In this document: piece after piece, positions 1 to 9,242 of the stretch | Numbering within the stretch: position 1 is the stretch's first letter | Layout: each line of letters opens with the position of its first letter | Source: Desulfuromonadales bacterium | GTDB lineage: Bacteria > Desulfobacterota > Desulfuromonadia > Desulfuromonadales > SZUA-540 | Length of the DNA: 64,000 nt | Assembly: GCA_033549025.1 (NCBI GenBank) | Contig: JAWSUS010000007.1 | Coordinates: 32,001 to 96,000 of the forward strand | Direction of reading: 5' to 3' | The notes under the pieces: generated by a model | Databases searched by the model: none | What the model saw: the letters and a program-made list of their open reading frames with translations, nothing else | Told to the model about the DNA's origin: nothing | Program-made: the position numbers and the translations under genes

Positions 1-18
1 AAAGGGCGTTACAAATCA

Positions 19-1860
19 ATGGGTTATAAAAACCTTCGAGAGTGTGTCCGCGACCTGGAAGCCCGGGGAGAACTTGTTCGCATCGAATGCGAGATCGATC
101 CGAACCTGGAGGCGGCCGCCATCCAGAGAAGGGTCTATCAGGCGGGGGGACCGGCCCTTTACTTTGCCCGCGTCAAGGGCAGCCGCTTTCCCATGGTCGG
201 CAATCTCTTCGGTACCCTGGAGCGGACCCGCACGATCTTTCGTGATACTCTCGATACCCTGGCTCGCCTGGCCGATCTCAAGATCAATCCGGCCTCCTTT
301 CTAAAAAACCCCCTCAAATATGCCGGTGTGCCCCGCGGGGCTCTGCACCTGCTGCCCAAGCGGGTGAAGTCCGGCCCCATACTGGCCGGACGCACCAGTC
401 TGAGCCAGCTCCCCCAGCTCAAGTCCTGGCCCGATGACGGCGGCGCTTTCATCACCCTGCCGCAGGTCTATTCGGAGAGCATCCGCAACCCCGGTTGGCG
501 CCAGAGCAATCTGGGGATGTACCGGGTGCAGATATCCGGCGGCCATTACCGTCCCGAGGCGGAGGTGGGTCTTCATTACCAGATCCACCGGGGCATCGGG
601 GTGCATCATGCCGAAGCCCTGGAACAGGGGGTGCCCTTTCGCGTCAATATCTTTGTGGGCGGGCCGCCGAGCCTGACGGTGGCGGCAGTCATGCCCCTGC
701 CGGAGGGAATGCCCGAGCTCTCTTTTGCCGGAGTCCTGGGCGGGCACCGAATTTCGCTGGTGACACCACCGGGCCAACTGCCCATGCCGGCCGAGGCGGA
801 TTTCGTCATCACCGGCACCGTCGACCCGCAGCGTACCCTGCCGGAAGGGCCCTTTGGCGACCACCTGGGCTATTACAGCCTTGCCCATGATTTTCCCGTG
901 GTGCAGGTGGAACAGGTCTACCATCGTCACGGCGCCATCTGGCCCTTTACCAGCGTCGGGCGACCGCCGCAGGAAGATACGAGTTTTGGCGCTTTTATCC
1001 ACGAACTGACGGGCGACCTCATCCCCACCGTGCTGCCGGGGGTGCATGCGGTGCATGCCGTCGACGCGGCCGGGGTGCACCCCCTGCTGCTGGCTATCGG
1101 CAGCGAGCGTTATGTCCCCTACGCCCGACAGCGGCGCCCCCAGGAACTGCTGACCATCGCCAATGCCATTCTCGGTCAGGGCCAGCTGTCTTTGGCCAAA
1201 TATCTTTTGCTGACCGCGCGGGAGGATCAGCCCGATCTGGATGTGCACGATGTCCCCGGGTTTTTCCGTCACATTCTCGAGCGGGTTGACTGGCGCTGCG
1301 ATCTGCACTTCCAGACCTGCACGACGGTGGATACCCTCGATTACTCCGGCAGCGCCCTCAACGCCGGCTCGAAAGTGGTGATCGCCGCCGCCGGGGAGGC
1401 GCGCCGCCGTCTGACCGCCGACCTGCCGGCCGAGCTGAGCCTGCCTGCCGGTTTCTCAAATCCGCGGGTGGCCATTCCCGGGGTGCTGCTGATACAGGGG
1501 CCGACCTGTTCGCGTGCGCGACACACCACCGACCCGAGGATGGAGGCGTTCTGCCTTTCCTACGCGCCGGAAAGCGCCATCAATCGCTTCCCGCTGATCG
1601 TGGTGGTCGACGACAGTGATTTTGCCGCCGCCAGCCTGAACAATTTTCTGTGGACCGCCTTTACCCGCTCCGATCCGGCCCTGGATCTGTACGGCATCGG
1701 CGCGTCGATCACCGGCAAGCATTGGGGGTGTGCGGGGGCGCTGGTTATGGACGCTCGCAGCAAACCCCATCATGCCCCCCCTCTCATTGATGACCCCGCT
1801 GTGGAAAAGCGGGTGGATGCCCTCGGCGCTCCGGGCGGCCCTCTGCACGGGATCATCTGA
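19..1860 (+). CDS. UbiD-family (prFMN-dependent) decarboxylase, long form
   Basis: 613 aa; NLFGT, DDGGAFITLP, EGPFGDHLGYY and GRPPQED motifs typical of UbiD. Confidence 0.9.
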   Translation: MGYKNLRECVRDLEARGELVRIECEIDPNLEAAAIQRRVYQAGGPALYFARVKGSRFPMVGNLFGTLERTRTIFRDTLDTLARLADLKINPASFLKNPLKYAGVPRGALHLLPKRVKSGPILAGRTSLSQLPQLKSWPDDGGAFITLPQVYSESIRNPGWRQSNLGMYRVQISGGHYRPEAEVGLHYQIHRGIGVHHAEALEQGVPFRVNIFVGGPPSLTVAAVMPLPEGMPELSFAGVLGGHRISLVTPPGQLPMPAEADFVITGTVDPQRTLPEGPFGDHLGYYSLAHDFPVVQVEQVYHRHGAIWPFTSVGRPPQEDTSFGAFIHELTGDLIPTVLPGVHAVHAVDAAGVHPLLLAIGSERYVPYARQRRPQELLTIANAILGQGQLSLAKYLLLTAREDQPDLDVHDVPGFFRHILERVDWRCDLHFQTCTTVDTLDYSGSALNAGSKVVIAAAGEARRRLTADLPAELSLPAGFSNPRVAIPGVLLIQGPTCSRARHTTDPRMEAFCLSYAPESAINRFPLIVVVDDSDFAAASLNNFLWTAFTRSDPALDLYGIGASITGKHWGCAGALVMDARSKPHHAPPLIDDPAVEKRVDALGAPGGPLHGII

Positions 1861-1887
1861 TTTTCGCCCTCTTCGGAAAGGACAACC

Positions 1888-2292
1888 ATGTCCCTCAAAT
1901 TTCTCGGACGTTACAAGGATTTTGGCTTGCTGCTGCTGCGCGTCGGCATCGGCGTCATGTTTCTCTTTCATGGTGCGCCCAAGCTCCTGGGAGGTCCGGA
2001 TAAGTGGACCAGTCTGGGCAGCGCCATGCAGTATCTCGGGGTCCACGCTTTTCCCATGTTCTGGGGTTTTTCAGCCGCCGTCACCGAGTTTTTCGGCGGC
2101 GTTTTCCTCATTCTGGGGCTCTTTTTCCGGCCGGCCTGCTTTTTTCTGGCCGTGACCATGGCCGTGGCGGTCAGCATGCACCTCGGGCGGGGCGAGGGAC
2201 TTATGGCGGCCTCTCATGCCATTGAAAACGGGATCTTCTTTCTTGGGCTGATCTTTATCGGACCGGGACGCTACAGTGTGGACAGGGGCTGA
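1888..2292 (+). CDS. DoxX-family membrane protein
   Basis: 134 aa hydrophobic; LLLRVGIGxMFLFHG..KL, EFFGG, GPGRYSVD motifs. Confidence 0.85.
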   Translation: MSLKFLGRYKDFGLLLLRVGIGVMFLFHGAPKLLGGPDKWTSLGSAMQYLGVHAFPMFWGFSAAVTEFFGGVFLILGLFFRPACFFLAVTMAVAVSMHLGRGEGLMAASHAIENGIFFLGLIFIGPGRYSVDRG

Positions 2293-2313
2293 TAGGCCTC
2301 GGGGAAAGGACAT

Positions 2314-3237
2314 ATGAAGAAGCACGGTTTTGATCTGATCCAGGCCATCGGGGAAACGCCCCTGGTGGAACTGACTCGGCTGCAGCAGAATCCCCGGGTG
2401 CGGATTTTCGCCAAACTGGAAGGCAACAATCCTGGTGGTTCGGTAAAAGACCGCCCCGCCGCCTATATGATCCGCAAGGCCGAGGAAGCCGGGATTCTCG
2501 ACTCCGGAAAGGTGATTCTGGAGCCTACCTCCGGCAATACCGGCATCGCCCTGGCCATGATCGGTTCCTCCAAAGGATATCGGGTGAAGCTGGTCATGCC
2601 CGCCTGTGTGAGCCTGGAACGACGGGCCATCCTGGAGGCTTACGGGGCCGAAGTCGTCCTCTCGCCGGCTGACGAGGCCACGGATGGAGCCATCCGACTG
2701 GCCCACCGGATTCTGGAGGAAGAACCGGACCTCTACTATATGCCCAACCAGTATGGCAATCCGAACAACCCCCTGGCGCATTATGAAACGACGGGACCGG
2801 AGATCTGGCGGCAGACGGGGGGACGCCTCGACGCCTTCGTCGCCGGGATGGGAACCTCGGGGACCCTCATGGGCGTGGGTCGTTATCTGAAGGAGCAGAG
2901 GGGGGAGATTCAGATTGTCGGTGTCGAACCGCGCCTGGGCCACAAGGTGCAGGGCCTCAAAAACATGCAGGAGGCTATCGTCCCGGCTATCTATCACCAG
3001 GAGCGACTGGATGTGAAGCTGACGGTGGAGGACGAGGATGCCTTCGCTACGGCCCGGCACTTGGCCATGGACGAGGGTATCTTCGCCGGCATGTCAAGTG
3101 GGGCCGCCGTGGCGGGGGCCCTGCGTTACGCCGAGACCCTGGAAGAGGGCATTGTCGTCACTCTCTTGCCCGACCGGGGCGACCGCTACCTGAGCACCAC
3201 CCTCTTTCGTTCCGTCTGTGCCAACTGCCCGCCCTGA
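2314..3237 (+). CDS. cysM: Cysteine synthase (PLP-dependent, CysM/CysK family)
   Basis: KLEGNNPGGSVKDR, EPTSGNTG, GMGTSGT, LPDRGDRYLST; C-terminal CANCPP tail. Confidence 0.85.
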   Translation: MKKHGFDLIQAIGETPLVELTRLQQNPRVRIFAKLEGNNPGGSVKDRPAAYMIRKAEEAGILDSGKVILEPTSGNTGIALAMIGSSKGYRVKLVMPACVSLERRAILEAYGAEVVLSPADEATDGAIRLAHRILEEEPDLYYMPNQYGNPNNPLAHYETTGPEIWRQTGGRLDAFVAGMGTSGTLMGVGRYLKEQRGEIQIVGVEPRLGHKVQGLKNMQEAIVPAIYHQERLDVKLTVEDEDAFATARHLAMDEGIFAGMSSGAAVAGALRYAETLEEGIVVTLLPDRGDRYLSTTLFRSVCANCPP

Positions 3238-3285
3238 TTTTTTCCTCGCCTTACATCGTCGGCCAGAGCTTTTCAATCTGGCTGG

Positions 3286-3328
3286 AAAAGCGGCTCACCG
3301 AGACCTTTCGGGAGCCGTTTTTATTTTT
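3286..3328 (+). terminator. Probable intrinsic terminator after the cysteine synthase gene
   Basis: CGGCTC...GAGCCG stem followed by a T-rich tract. Confidence 0.6.
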
Positions 3329-3349
3329 ACGGCGGCGAAAAAGGCCGAG

Positions 3350-3377
3350 TTGACAGGCCCCAAACATCCGTTAGATT
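3350..3377 (+). promoter_or_regulatory. Possible sigma70 promoter of the MauG-like operon
   Basis: TTGACA-16 nt-TAGATT upstream of the GGAGG RBS. Confidence 0.4.
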
Positions 3378-3411
3378 GAAGGAGTATGCCAACTCAACAG
3401 GAGGTGACGTC

Positions 3412-4521
3412 ATGAAGCGAACCATAGCCATGGTAGTGGCCGGGGGAATCTGGCTGCTCATAGCGGGCCTGCCGGTTCTGGCGGCTGAATTGCCCCTGGG
3501 CTTGCCGCCCGTGCCGATTCCTGAGGACAATCCCCAAACACCGGAGAAGATTGCCCTGGGTCAGCAGCTTTACGAGGATAAACGGTTCAGTGCCGACGGC
3601 ACCGTGGCCTGTGCCAACTGCCATCTGCTGGAAAAAGCCTTCGTCGATGGACTGCCGGTCTCCGAAGGGGTTGGCCAGCAGAAAGGCACCCGCAACGCTC
3701 CTACGGTGATCAATGCGGTGTATTACAAGGAACAGTTCTGGGACGGCCGCCGGCCCACCTTGGAAGAGCAGGCCAAAGATCCCTTTGTCAATCCGGTGGA
3801 ACATGGCCTCGAAACTCACGACCCCATTCTAGAGATTGTGCGCGCCAATCCGGACTATGTAAGACAGTTTGAAAAGGTGTTCGGGCTAAAGTCAGCTGAG
3901 ATCACTATCGATCACGTGGTTAAGGCTATTGCGAGCTTTGAGCGTACCATCATCTCGGGAAATTCGCCGTTTGATCGTTACCAGTACGGGGGCGACAAAA
4001 CGGCCATGTCCGAGGCGGCCATTCGAGGGCTGAATATCTATCTCGACAAAGGGCGCTGCCAGAGTTGCCACACCATCGGTGAACAAGATGCCCTGTTCAC
4101 CAACAACGATTACCATAATCTGGGCGTGGGGCTCGCCAAGATTGAACCACGCCTGAGGGAGATCGTCACCGCCTTCCGAAAAGCTCAGGCTGCCGGCGAA
4201 AATGTCGATGAAAAAGTGCTTACGGACGCCGACGTCTCTGAATTGGGGCGTTTTGCCATCACCTTGCGTCCTGCGGATATCGGCAAGTTCAAGACTTCGG
4301 GTTTGCGGAATATTGCCGTGACCGCCCCCTATATGCATGACGGCAGTCTCAACACCCTGGAAGAAGTGATCGACTTGTACGACCGGGGCGGCGAGGCCAA
4401 TCCCATGCTTGATGGCGGTATTCGGGTTCTCAATCTGACCGATCAGGAAAAGGCCGACCTCATTGAATTTCTGAAGCACCTGACCAGCCCGGAATATGCT
4501 CATCTGGCAACCCAAAATTGA
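3412..4521 (+). CDS. Diheme cytochrome c peroxidase/MauG-family protein
   Basis: GGAGG RBS, signal peptide, CANCH and CQSCH, RNAPTV, FWDGR, LRNIAVTAPYMHDG. Confidence 0.9.
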   Translation: MKRTIAMVVAGGIWLLIAGLPVLAAELPLGLPPVPIPEDNPQTPEKIALGQQLYEDKRFSADGTVACANCHLLEKAFVDGLPVSEGVGQQKGTRNAPTVINAVYYKEQFWDGRRPTLEEQAKDPFVNPVEHGLETHDPILEIVRANPDYVRQFEKVFGLKSAEITIDHVVKAIASFERTIISGNSPFDRYQYGGDKTAMSEAAIRGLNIYLDKGRCQSCHTIGEQDALFTNNDYHNLGVGLAKIEPRLREIVTAFRKAQAAGENVDEKVLTDADVSELGRFAITLRPADIGKFKTSGLRNIAVTAPYMHDGSLNTLEEVIDLYDRGGEANPMLDGGIRVLNLTDQEKADLIEFLKHLTSPEYAHLATQN

Positions 4522-4534
4522 TCAAGGAGGCATC

Positions 4535-5611
4535 ATGAGCACGAAGGTCAATCGAAGAATTTTTCTGAAGCAGCTGGGGGTGGCCGCGGCCATGACGGCA
4601 GTACCTTTGAATCTGGTCGAAGTCGCTTGGGGCCAGGAAAAGGGGGAGAATTTCACTTTCGCGTACATCTCCGACCCTCACATTACCCACATCAGCGGCA
4701 GCAAGTTTGTCAACAATTTCGACAAGGGCCTCGAAAAAGCCATTGCCGAAGTCAACTTCATGTGGCCGCAGCCCGATTTCGTCGTCTTTGGCGGCGATCT
4801 GGCCCAACTGGGAAAAAAGGAAGAGCTCGATCATGGTTTGGAAATGATGTCCAAGCTCACAGTTCCGGTCAAATACGTCATCGGCGAACACGACTATTAT
4901 CTCGACCTGGGACAGTACTGGGAAGAGAAGATCAGCAAGCTTTATTACAGCTTCGATCACAAGGGCGTGCACTTTGTGGTGCTTAACAGCATCCTGACCG
5001 ATGATGACTGGACCCACAAACGCTGGCCGACGGCCATGGAACGCATGCTGCAGATGGCCCGACTCGATAATCCCAACGGGTCGCCCTTCATGGTCAAGGA
5101 AGCGCAGCGCCAATGGCTTAAACAGGATCTCGCCAACGTGGAAAAAAATAACCCCGTCGTGGTGATGTCGCATTCCCCGCTCTACAAGGTGTACAAGGGG
5201 TGGAACTTCTGGACGGAGGATGCCGAAGAGGTGCAGACCCTCTTGAAGCCTTTCAAAAAGGTGACCGTTCTACATGGGCATGTCCATCAGATCATGTACA
5301 ACCAGATCGGCAATATTTCTTTCCACGCCATGATGTCCACCGGTTGGCCCTGGCCCTATCCCGTCAGTTACAGTCAGGCTGCCAATGCCGTGCCCAAGAT
5401 GACCGTGTTTATGAACCGGGCCGATCCCTTCCATGAGCGGGATGCCACGGGCTGGTCGGCAATAAACCTCGAGAATGGCCGGGTTATCAACAACCTGGAA
5501 CTCTGGCAGAACACGCCCCGTTCGGTGCGCTTTGACGAAAAGGCCAAGCAGCCGGTCGACAGCCAATACCAGGATCCGGCCGACCAGATACCCCCTCAGA
5601 TTCATTACTGA
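4535..5611 (+). CDS. Tat-exported calcineurin-like metallophosphoesterase
   Basis: AGGAGG RBS; NRRIFLK Tat motif; SDPH, GGDL, GEHD, MSH, HGHVH metal-binding motifs. Confidence 0.85.
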   Translation: MSTKVNRRIFLKQLGVAAAMTAVPLNLVEVAWGQEKGENFTFAYISDPHITHISGSKFVNNFDKGLEKAIAEVNFMWPQPDFVVFGGDLAQLGKKEELDHGLEMMSKLTVPVKYVIGEHDYYLDLGQYWEEKISKLYYSFDHKGVHFVVLNSILTDDDWTHKRWPTAMERMLQMARLDNPNGSPFMVKEAQRQWLKQDLANVEKNNPVVVMSHSPLYKVYKGWNFWTEDAEEVQTLLKPFKKVTVLHGHVHQIMYNQIGNISFHAMMSTGWPWPYPVSYSQAANAVPKMTVFMNRADPFHERDATGWSAINLENGRVINNLELWQNTPRSVRFDEKAKQPVDSQYQDPADQIPPQIHY

Positions 5612-5635
5612 TTTTCAGAAAAAGGAGGATCACCC

Positions 5636-6046
5636 ATGGGAAAATCTCTGCTCCGTGGTGTTCTGGCCTTGGCGATGGTCTTCGTGATGATGCCGGCGGC
5701 CATGGCTGATGAGTTCACCAAAGAAGATCTGGCCAAGTGGGAAAAAGATTTTATGGCCGTCGTCGAGGAAGGGGACAAGCTTTTTCATAGCGCTTTGGGG
5801 AGTAATGCCGTTTCCTGTGATATGTGCCATCCCAACGCGACCAACACCCATCCCGAGACCTATCCAAAAGTTCAGAAGCAGCTGGGCAAGGTCGCCTCGC
5901 TCCGGGACATGATCAACTGGTGCATCAAAAATCCTCTTGAAGGTGAGGGGATGGAGCTGGCAGCTGACGACCCGAAAATGATTGCCCTGGAGGCCTATAT
6001 TCATTACGAGCGTCGCGGTGTTCCGCTGGCGCCGGGCAAACACTGA
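5636..6046 (+). CDS. Small periplasmic monoheme cytochrome c (SoxA-like features)
   Basis: Signal peptide, CDMCH, YPK..LRDMINWC..P segment. Confidence 0.8.
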   Translation: MGKSLLRGVLALAMVFVMMPAAMADEFTKEDLAKWEKDFMAVVEEGDKLFHSALGSNAVSCDMCHPNATNTHPETYPKVQKQLGKVASLRDMINWCIKNPLEGEGMELAADDPKMIALEAYIHYERRGVPLAPGKH

Positions 6047-6246
6047 TCCCTTCTGAAGAGGGGTGGCTCACTGGAGCTGCCCCTCTCTAAGAACCCGGCC
6101 TGACCCCTTTGATGAGCGATCCCTCCATTCTGCCTTTTCCTTTGCTGGTTCACGCGAAACACCATAATTGCTCTGAATTTTCCTCGAAAATTCTGGTATT
6201 CTGAAAAAACCCTGTCGGAAAATTTGCGATGAAGTGCGGAGACACC

Positions 6247-8700
6247 ATGCTAAAAAAGCTTCTGTCTATCCTGATTCTGCTCGTTTGCGTTTTATCGGCC
6301 CATGCCGAAGAGTCCACTCCTGAAGAGGAGTCCGCCGTCGTTTACCCGGGGGTGGCCGAGGTTGTGCCTTCTTTAGCCAGACTTCAGACGCAGACAACCA
6401 ATGCTCTCACCAAAACGCGTGATCTTGAAAATCTGTCGGACACGAAATCTCAGATCGAGCAGCTTCGCGTCAGGCAGGAGAAGCTTGGGCGCTGGATAAA
6501 AGAACAGGGCGATCCTGCCGGGTGGAATTACGACCGCTTGGCTGAAACGGTGTCCAAATTGACGGCACAAGAGGTCGAACTGGACAGGATAATGTCCGCC
6601 CTCGTCGAAAAAGTAGCGGAATTGGAGAAATTAAAAGAAGCATGGAAAGAGCGTCAGATTTATTGGCGGGATTGGCAGGATTCATTGACTTCTTCCGAAG
6701 CGAAGGTGGCGACGGAATCATTCAATAACGCCTCGGATCTCACGGCGGAAGTCCTTCAGGCCATTGAAAAGGCGATGCCAAGCCTGGTCGATCGGCAGAA
6801 AGAAGTGACCGCCCTGCAAGCGGCCAGCCGGGAAATGAGAACCGAAATCGAGTCCTACATGAAGGATTTTCGGCGGCAAACCTTCAGTAAAACAGGGGCC
6901 CCTTTTTATTCCCGCCAGTTTTATGCGGCTTTCAATGCTGACCTGCTCGATGCCGTGCTGGCTGGAGTGCACTCCGTGAAGGGGCAAGCCACGGGGTTTT
7001 GGCAGCGACAAGGCTGGGTTGCCCTTTTTCAGGCCATGCTGGCCCTGGGGTTGGCTGGCTTTATAAAGAGGTACAGGCGCTTGGCCGAGGTTACTCAGGA
7101 GTGGCACTTTATTCTTGACCACCCCTGGGCGACAGGAGTGTTCGTCTCCATCGTTTCTCTCGGTTTTCTTTACACCGATGTCCCGGGACCTTACCGCCTG
7201 GGGCTTTGGGCCTTGGCCGCCTTTTCCGCGGCGGTTCTGACGGCAGGCCTGCTTAAAAATCCCCGAAAAATTGCCATGGTTTACTCCGTGGCGATCCTTT
7301 CTGTTCTCTCAGTGGCCTTGCAGTTGATCTCCTTGCCCTCGCCGCTCTACCGGCTTTACCTGGCCACGATCGCCATGGTTGGCATTCCCTTCCTGCTGTT
7401 TATGGCCAAAGGCAATCAGAAGGTTCACAGCGGTCGGGTCAATGGCTTTACCTTGCTGCTTCGTCTGGGGGCGGGTGTCCTGCTGGTTTCTCTCGTCGCC
7501 CAGATTGGCGGTTTCAGTAATCTGGCTTCCCGTTTGATTGAGTCCAGCGTTGAGACCATTTTTCTCTACATTTTTACGACCATGAGCATTCGGCTGGGTC
7601 ATGGCGGAATCGATTTTCTCTTCAGTCGGCCCGCCTTCAGGACGAAACTTTTTTTCATCCAATTTGGCGTCGAGCTTCAAAACCGCCTGAAAGGGCTGGT
7701 AAAGGTCGCCTTCCTGGTCTTTGCCATCCTCTATTTGAGCCAGATCTGGGGCCTCTATGCGTCTGCCGGGCAGGCCGTGGATCAGATTCTGGGCTACAGT
7801 TTTACCCTCGGCGAAATCACGATTTCCGTCGAAATGATTTTGCTGGTGGCATTCACCGTTTATGTCTCCATTGTAGTCTCCTGGTTTTTAAAAGCTGTAC
7901 TTGAAGCGGAGATTTTCCCCAGAAAACACTACGATCGAGGGGTACGAGATGCTATCAAAAAATTGCTCCACTATTCTCTGGTTCTGCTCGGCTTTCTGTT
8001 GGCCCTTAGCATTGCGGGTATTGAACTGAAGAACCTGGCCGTTGTTCTTGGCGCCTTTGGTATCGGCATCGGTTTCGGTTTGCAGAATATTGTCAATAAT
8101 TTCGTCAGTGGCCTCATCCTGCTTTTTGAGCGACCGGTCAAGGTGGGTGACACTCTCGTTGTCGATGACGAGTGGGGGCTGGTCAAAAAGATCGGGTTAC
8201 GCTCGACCATTGTGGAAACCTATAACCGGGCCGAAATCATCGTCCCCAACTCGGACCTGATCTCCCAGAAGGTAACCAACTGGAGTCTTTCCACGCGGGT
8301 GGCGCGGGTGGTTCTCCCCGTGGGGGTAGCGTACGGAAGCCATGTTGAGAAAGTACTGAGCATTCTTGGGGAGGCAGCCAGGGCGAACCCGGATGTCCTG
8401 AGTGATCCTGAACCATCTCCCATTTTTACAGGATTCGGTGACAGCTCGCTTGACTTCGAACTCAGGGTCTGGGTCGAGGATGTCGGCCAGATGTTGGCGG
8501 TGAAAAGCTGGCTGGGCCAATATGTGGACAAACGTTTTCGTGAGGAGGGGGTGGAGATCCCCTTTCCGCAGAGAGATCTTCATGTACGATCCATCGACTC
8601 GGTGGTGCTGTCCAGCTTGAGAGAGAATACGCCGAGCCGTCAGGACGAAAAAAACCCGCAAGAAACTCCTGCCTCCGGGCAGGAGTCCTTGCGGGAGTGA
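6247..8700 (+). CDS. Large MscS-family mechanosensitive channel
   Basis: N-terminal coiled coil, many TM helices, GIGFGLQNIVNNFVSGLILLFERPVKVGD, EIPFPQRDLH. Confidence 0.9.
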   Translation: MLKKLLSILILLVCVLSAHAEESTPEEESAVVYPGVAEVVPSLARLQTQTTNALTKTRDLENLSDTKSQIEQLRVRQEKLGRWIKEQGDPAGWNYDRLAETVSKLTAQEVELDRIMSALVEKVAELEKLKEAWKERQIYWRDWQDSLTSSEAKVATESFNNASDLTAEVLQAIEKAMPSLVDRQKEVTALQAASREMRTEIESYMKDFRRQTFSKTGAPFYSRQFYAAFNADLLDAVLAGVHSVKGQATGFWQRQGWVALFQAMLALGLAGFIKRYRRLAEVTQEWHFILDHPWATGVFVSIVSLGFLYTDVPGPYRLGLWALAAFSAAVLTAGLLKNPRKIAMVYSVAILSVLSVALQLISLPSPLYRLYLATIAMVGIPFLLFMAKGNQKVHSGRVNGFTLLLRLGAGVLLVSLVAQIGGFSNLASRLIESSVETIFLYIFTTMSIRLGHGGIDFLFSRPAFRTKLFFIQFGVELQNRLKGLVKVAFLVFAILYLSQIWGLYASAGQAVDQILGYSFTLGEITISVEMILLVAFTVYVSIVVSWFLKAVLEAEIFPRKHYDRGVRDAIKKLLHYSLVLLGFLLALSIAGIELKNLAVVLGAFGIGIGFGLQNIVNNFVSGLILLFERPVKVGDTLVVDDEWGLVKKIGLRSTIVETYNRAEIIVPNSDLISQKVTNWSLSTRVARVVLPVGVAYGSHVEKVLSILGEAARANPDVLSDPEPSPIFTGFGDSSLDFELRVWVEDVGQMLAVKSWLGQYVDKRFREEGVEIPFPQRDLHVRSIDSVVLSSLRENTPSRQDEKNPQETPASGQESLRE

Positions 8701-8731
8701 GTTCAAAAACTTTTCTGGTGGATAAAGGCTG

Positions 8732-9079
8732 TCAATCCCAGTTTTTGGAAAGTTTCTTTTTTTGTTTTTCCAGGGATTTCTGGCCGCTCTCGATGGCATC
8801 GACGAATTGACGGCGCCATTCCTCGGCGACCTCTTCTCCCTGGCTCAACATTTCGCTCGTTCGATCGTTGAGGTCTTCGACAAAATCCGCCAATGAGTGG
8901 ACCGTGTCCTGAATCCGGGCTTCCGCCTCGTTCCGAACTTTTTTGGAGTAGCGGACGATCTGTTTTCGCGTTTTTTTGCCCGACTGCGGGGCAAAGAGCA
9001 ACGCCAGGCCTGCTCCAATGACTCCTCCGGCGACCAACATCATGGCCCCCACGGTAGCGTTGTTTTCCCTCTCGCTCAT
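8732..9079 (-). CDS. YtxH-domain protein
   Basis: GGVIGAGLALLFAPQSGKKTRKQI signature; AGGAGG RBS before ATG 9079. Confidence 0.85.
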   Translation of the reverse strand: MSERENNATVGAMMLVAGGVIGAGLALLFAPQSGKKTRKQIVRYSKKVRNEAEARIQDTVHSLADFVEDLNDRTSEMLSQGEEVAEEWRRQFVDAIESGQKSLEKQKKKLSKNWD

Positions 9080-9242
9080 GGCATCCTCCTTATTTTTGAG
9101 TGGCATTTTCATTTAATCATAAAATAGACCTCCCGCAAGAAGCTTTGCTGATAACAAATAATGGGGATCGACCCAACCAGGTGTTGAGAGGGGGAGAGAA
9201 ACGTGCTAATTTGTCGCAGCCAATGGCAGGAAGGGGTTGCGA

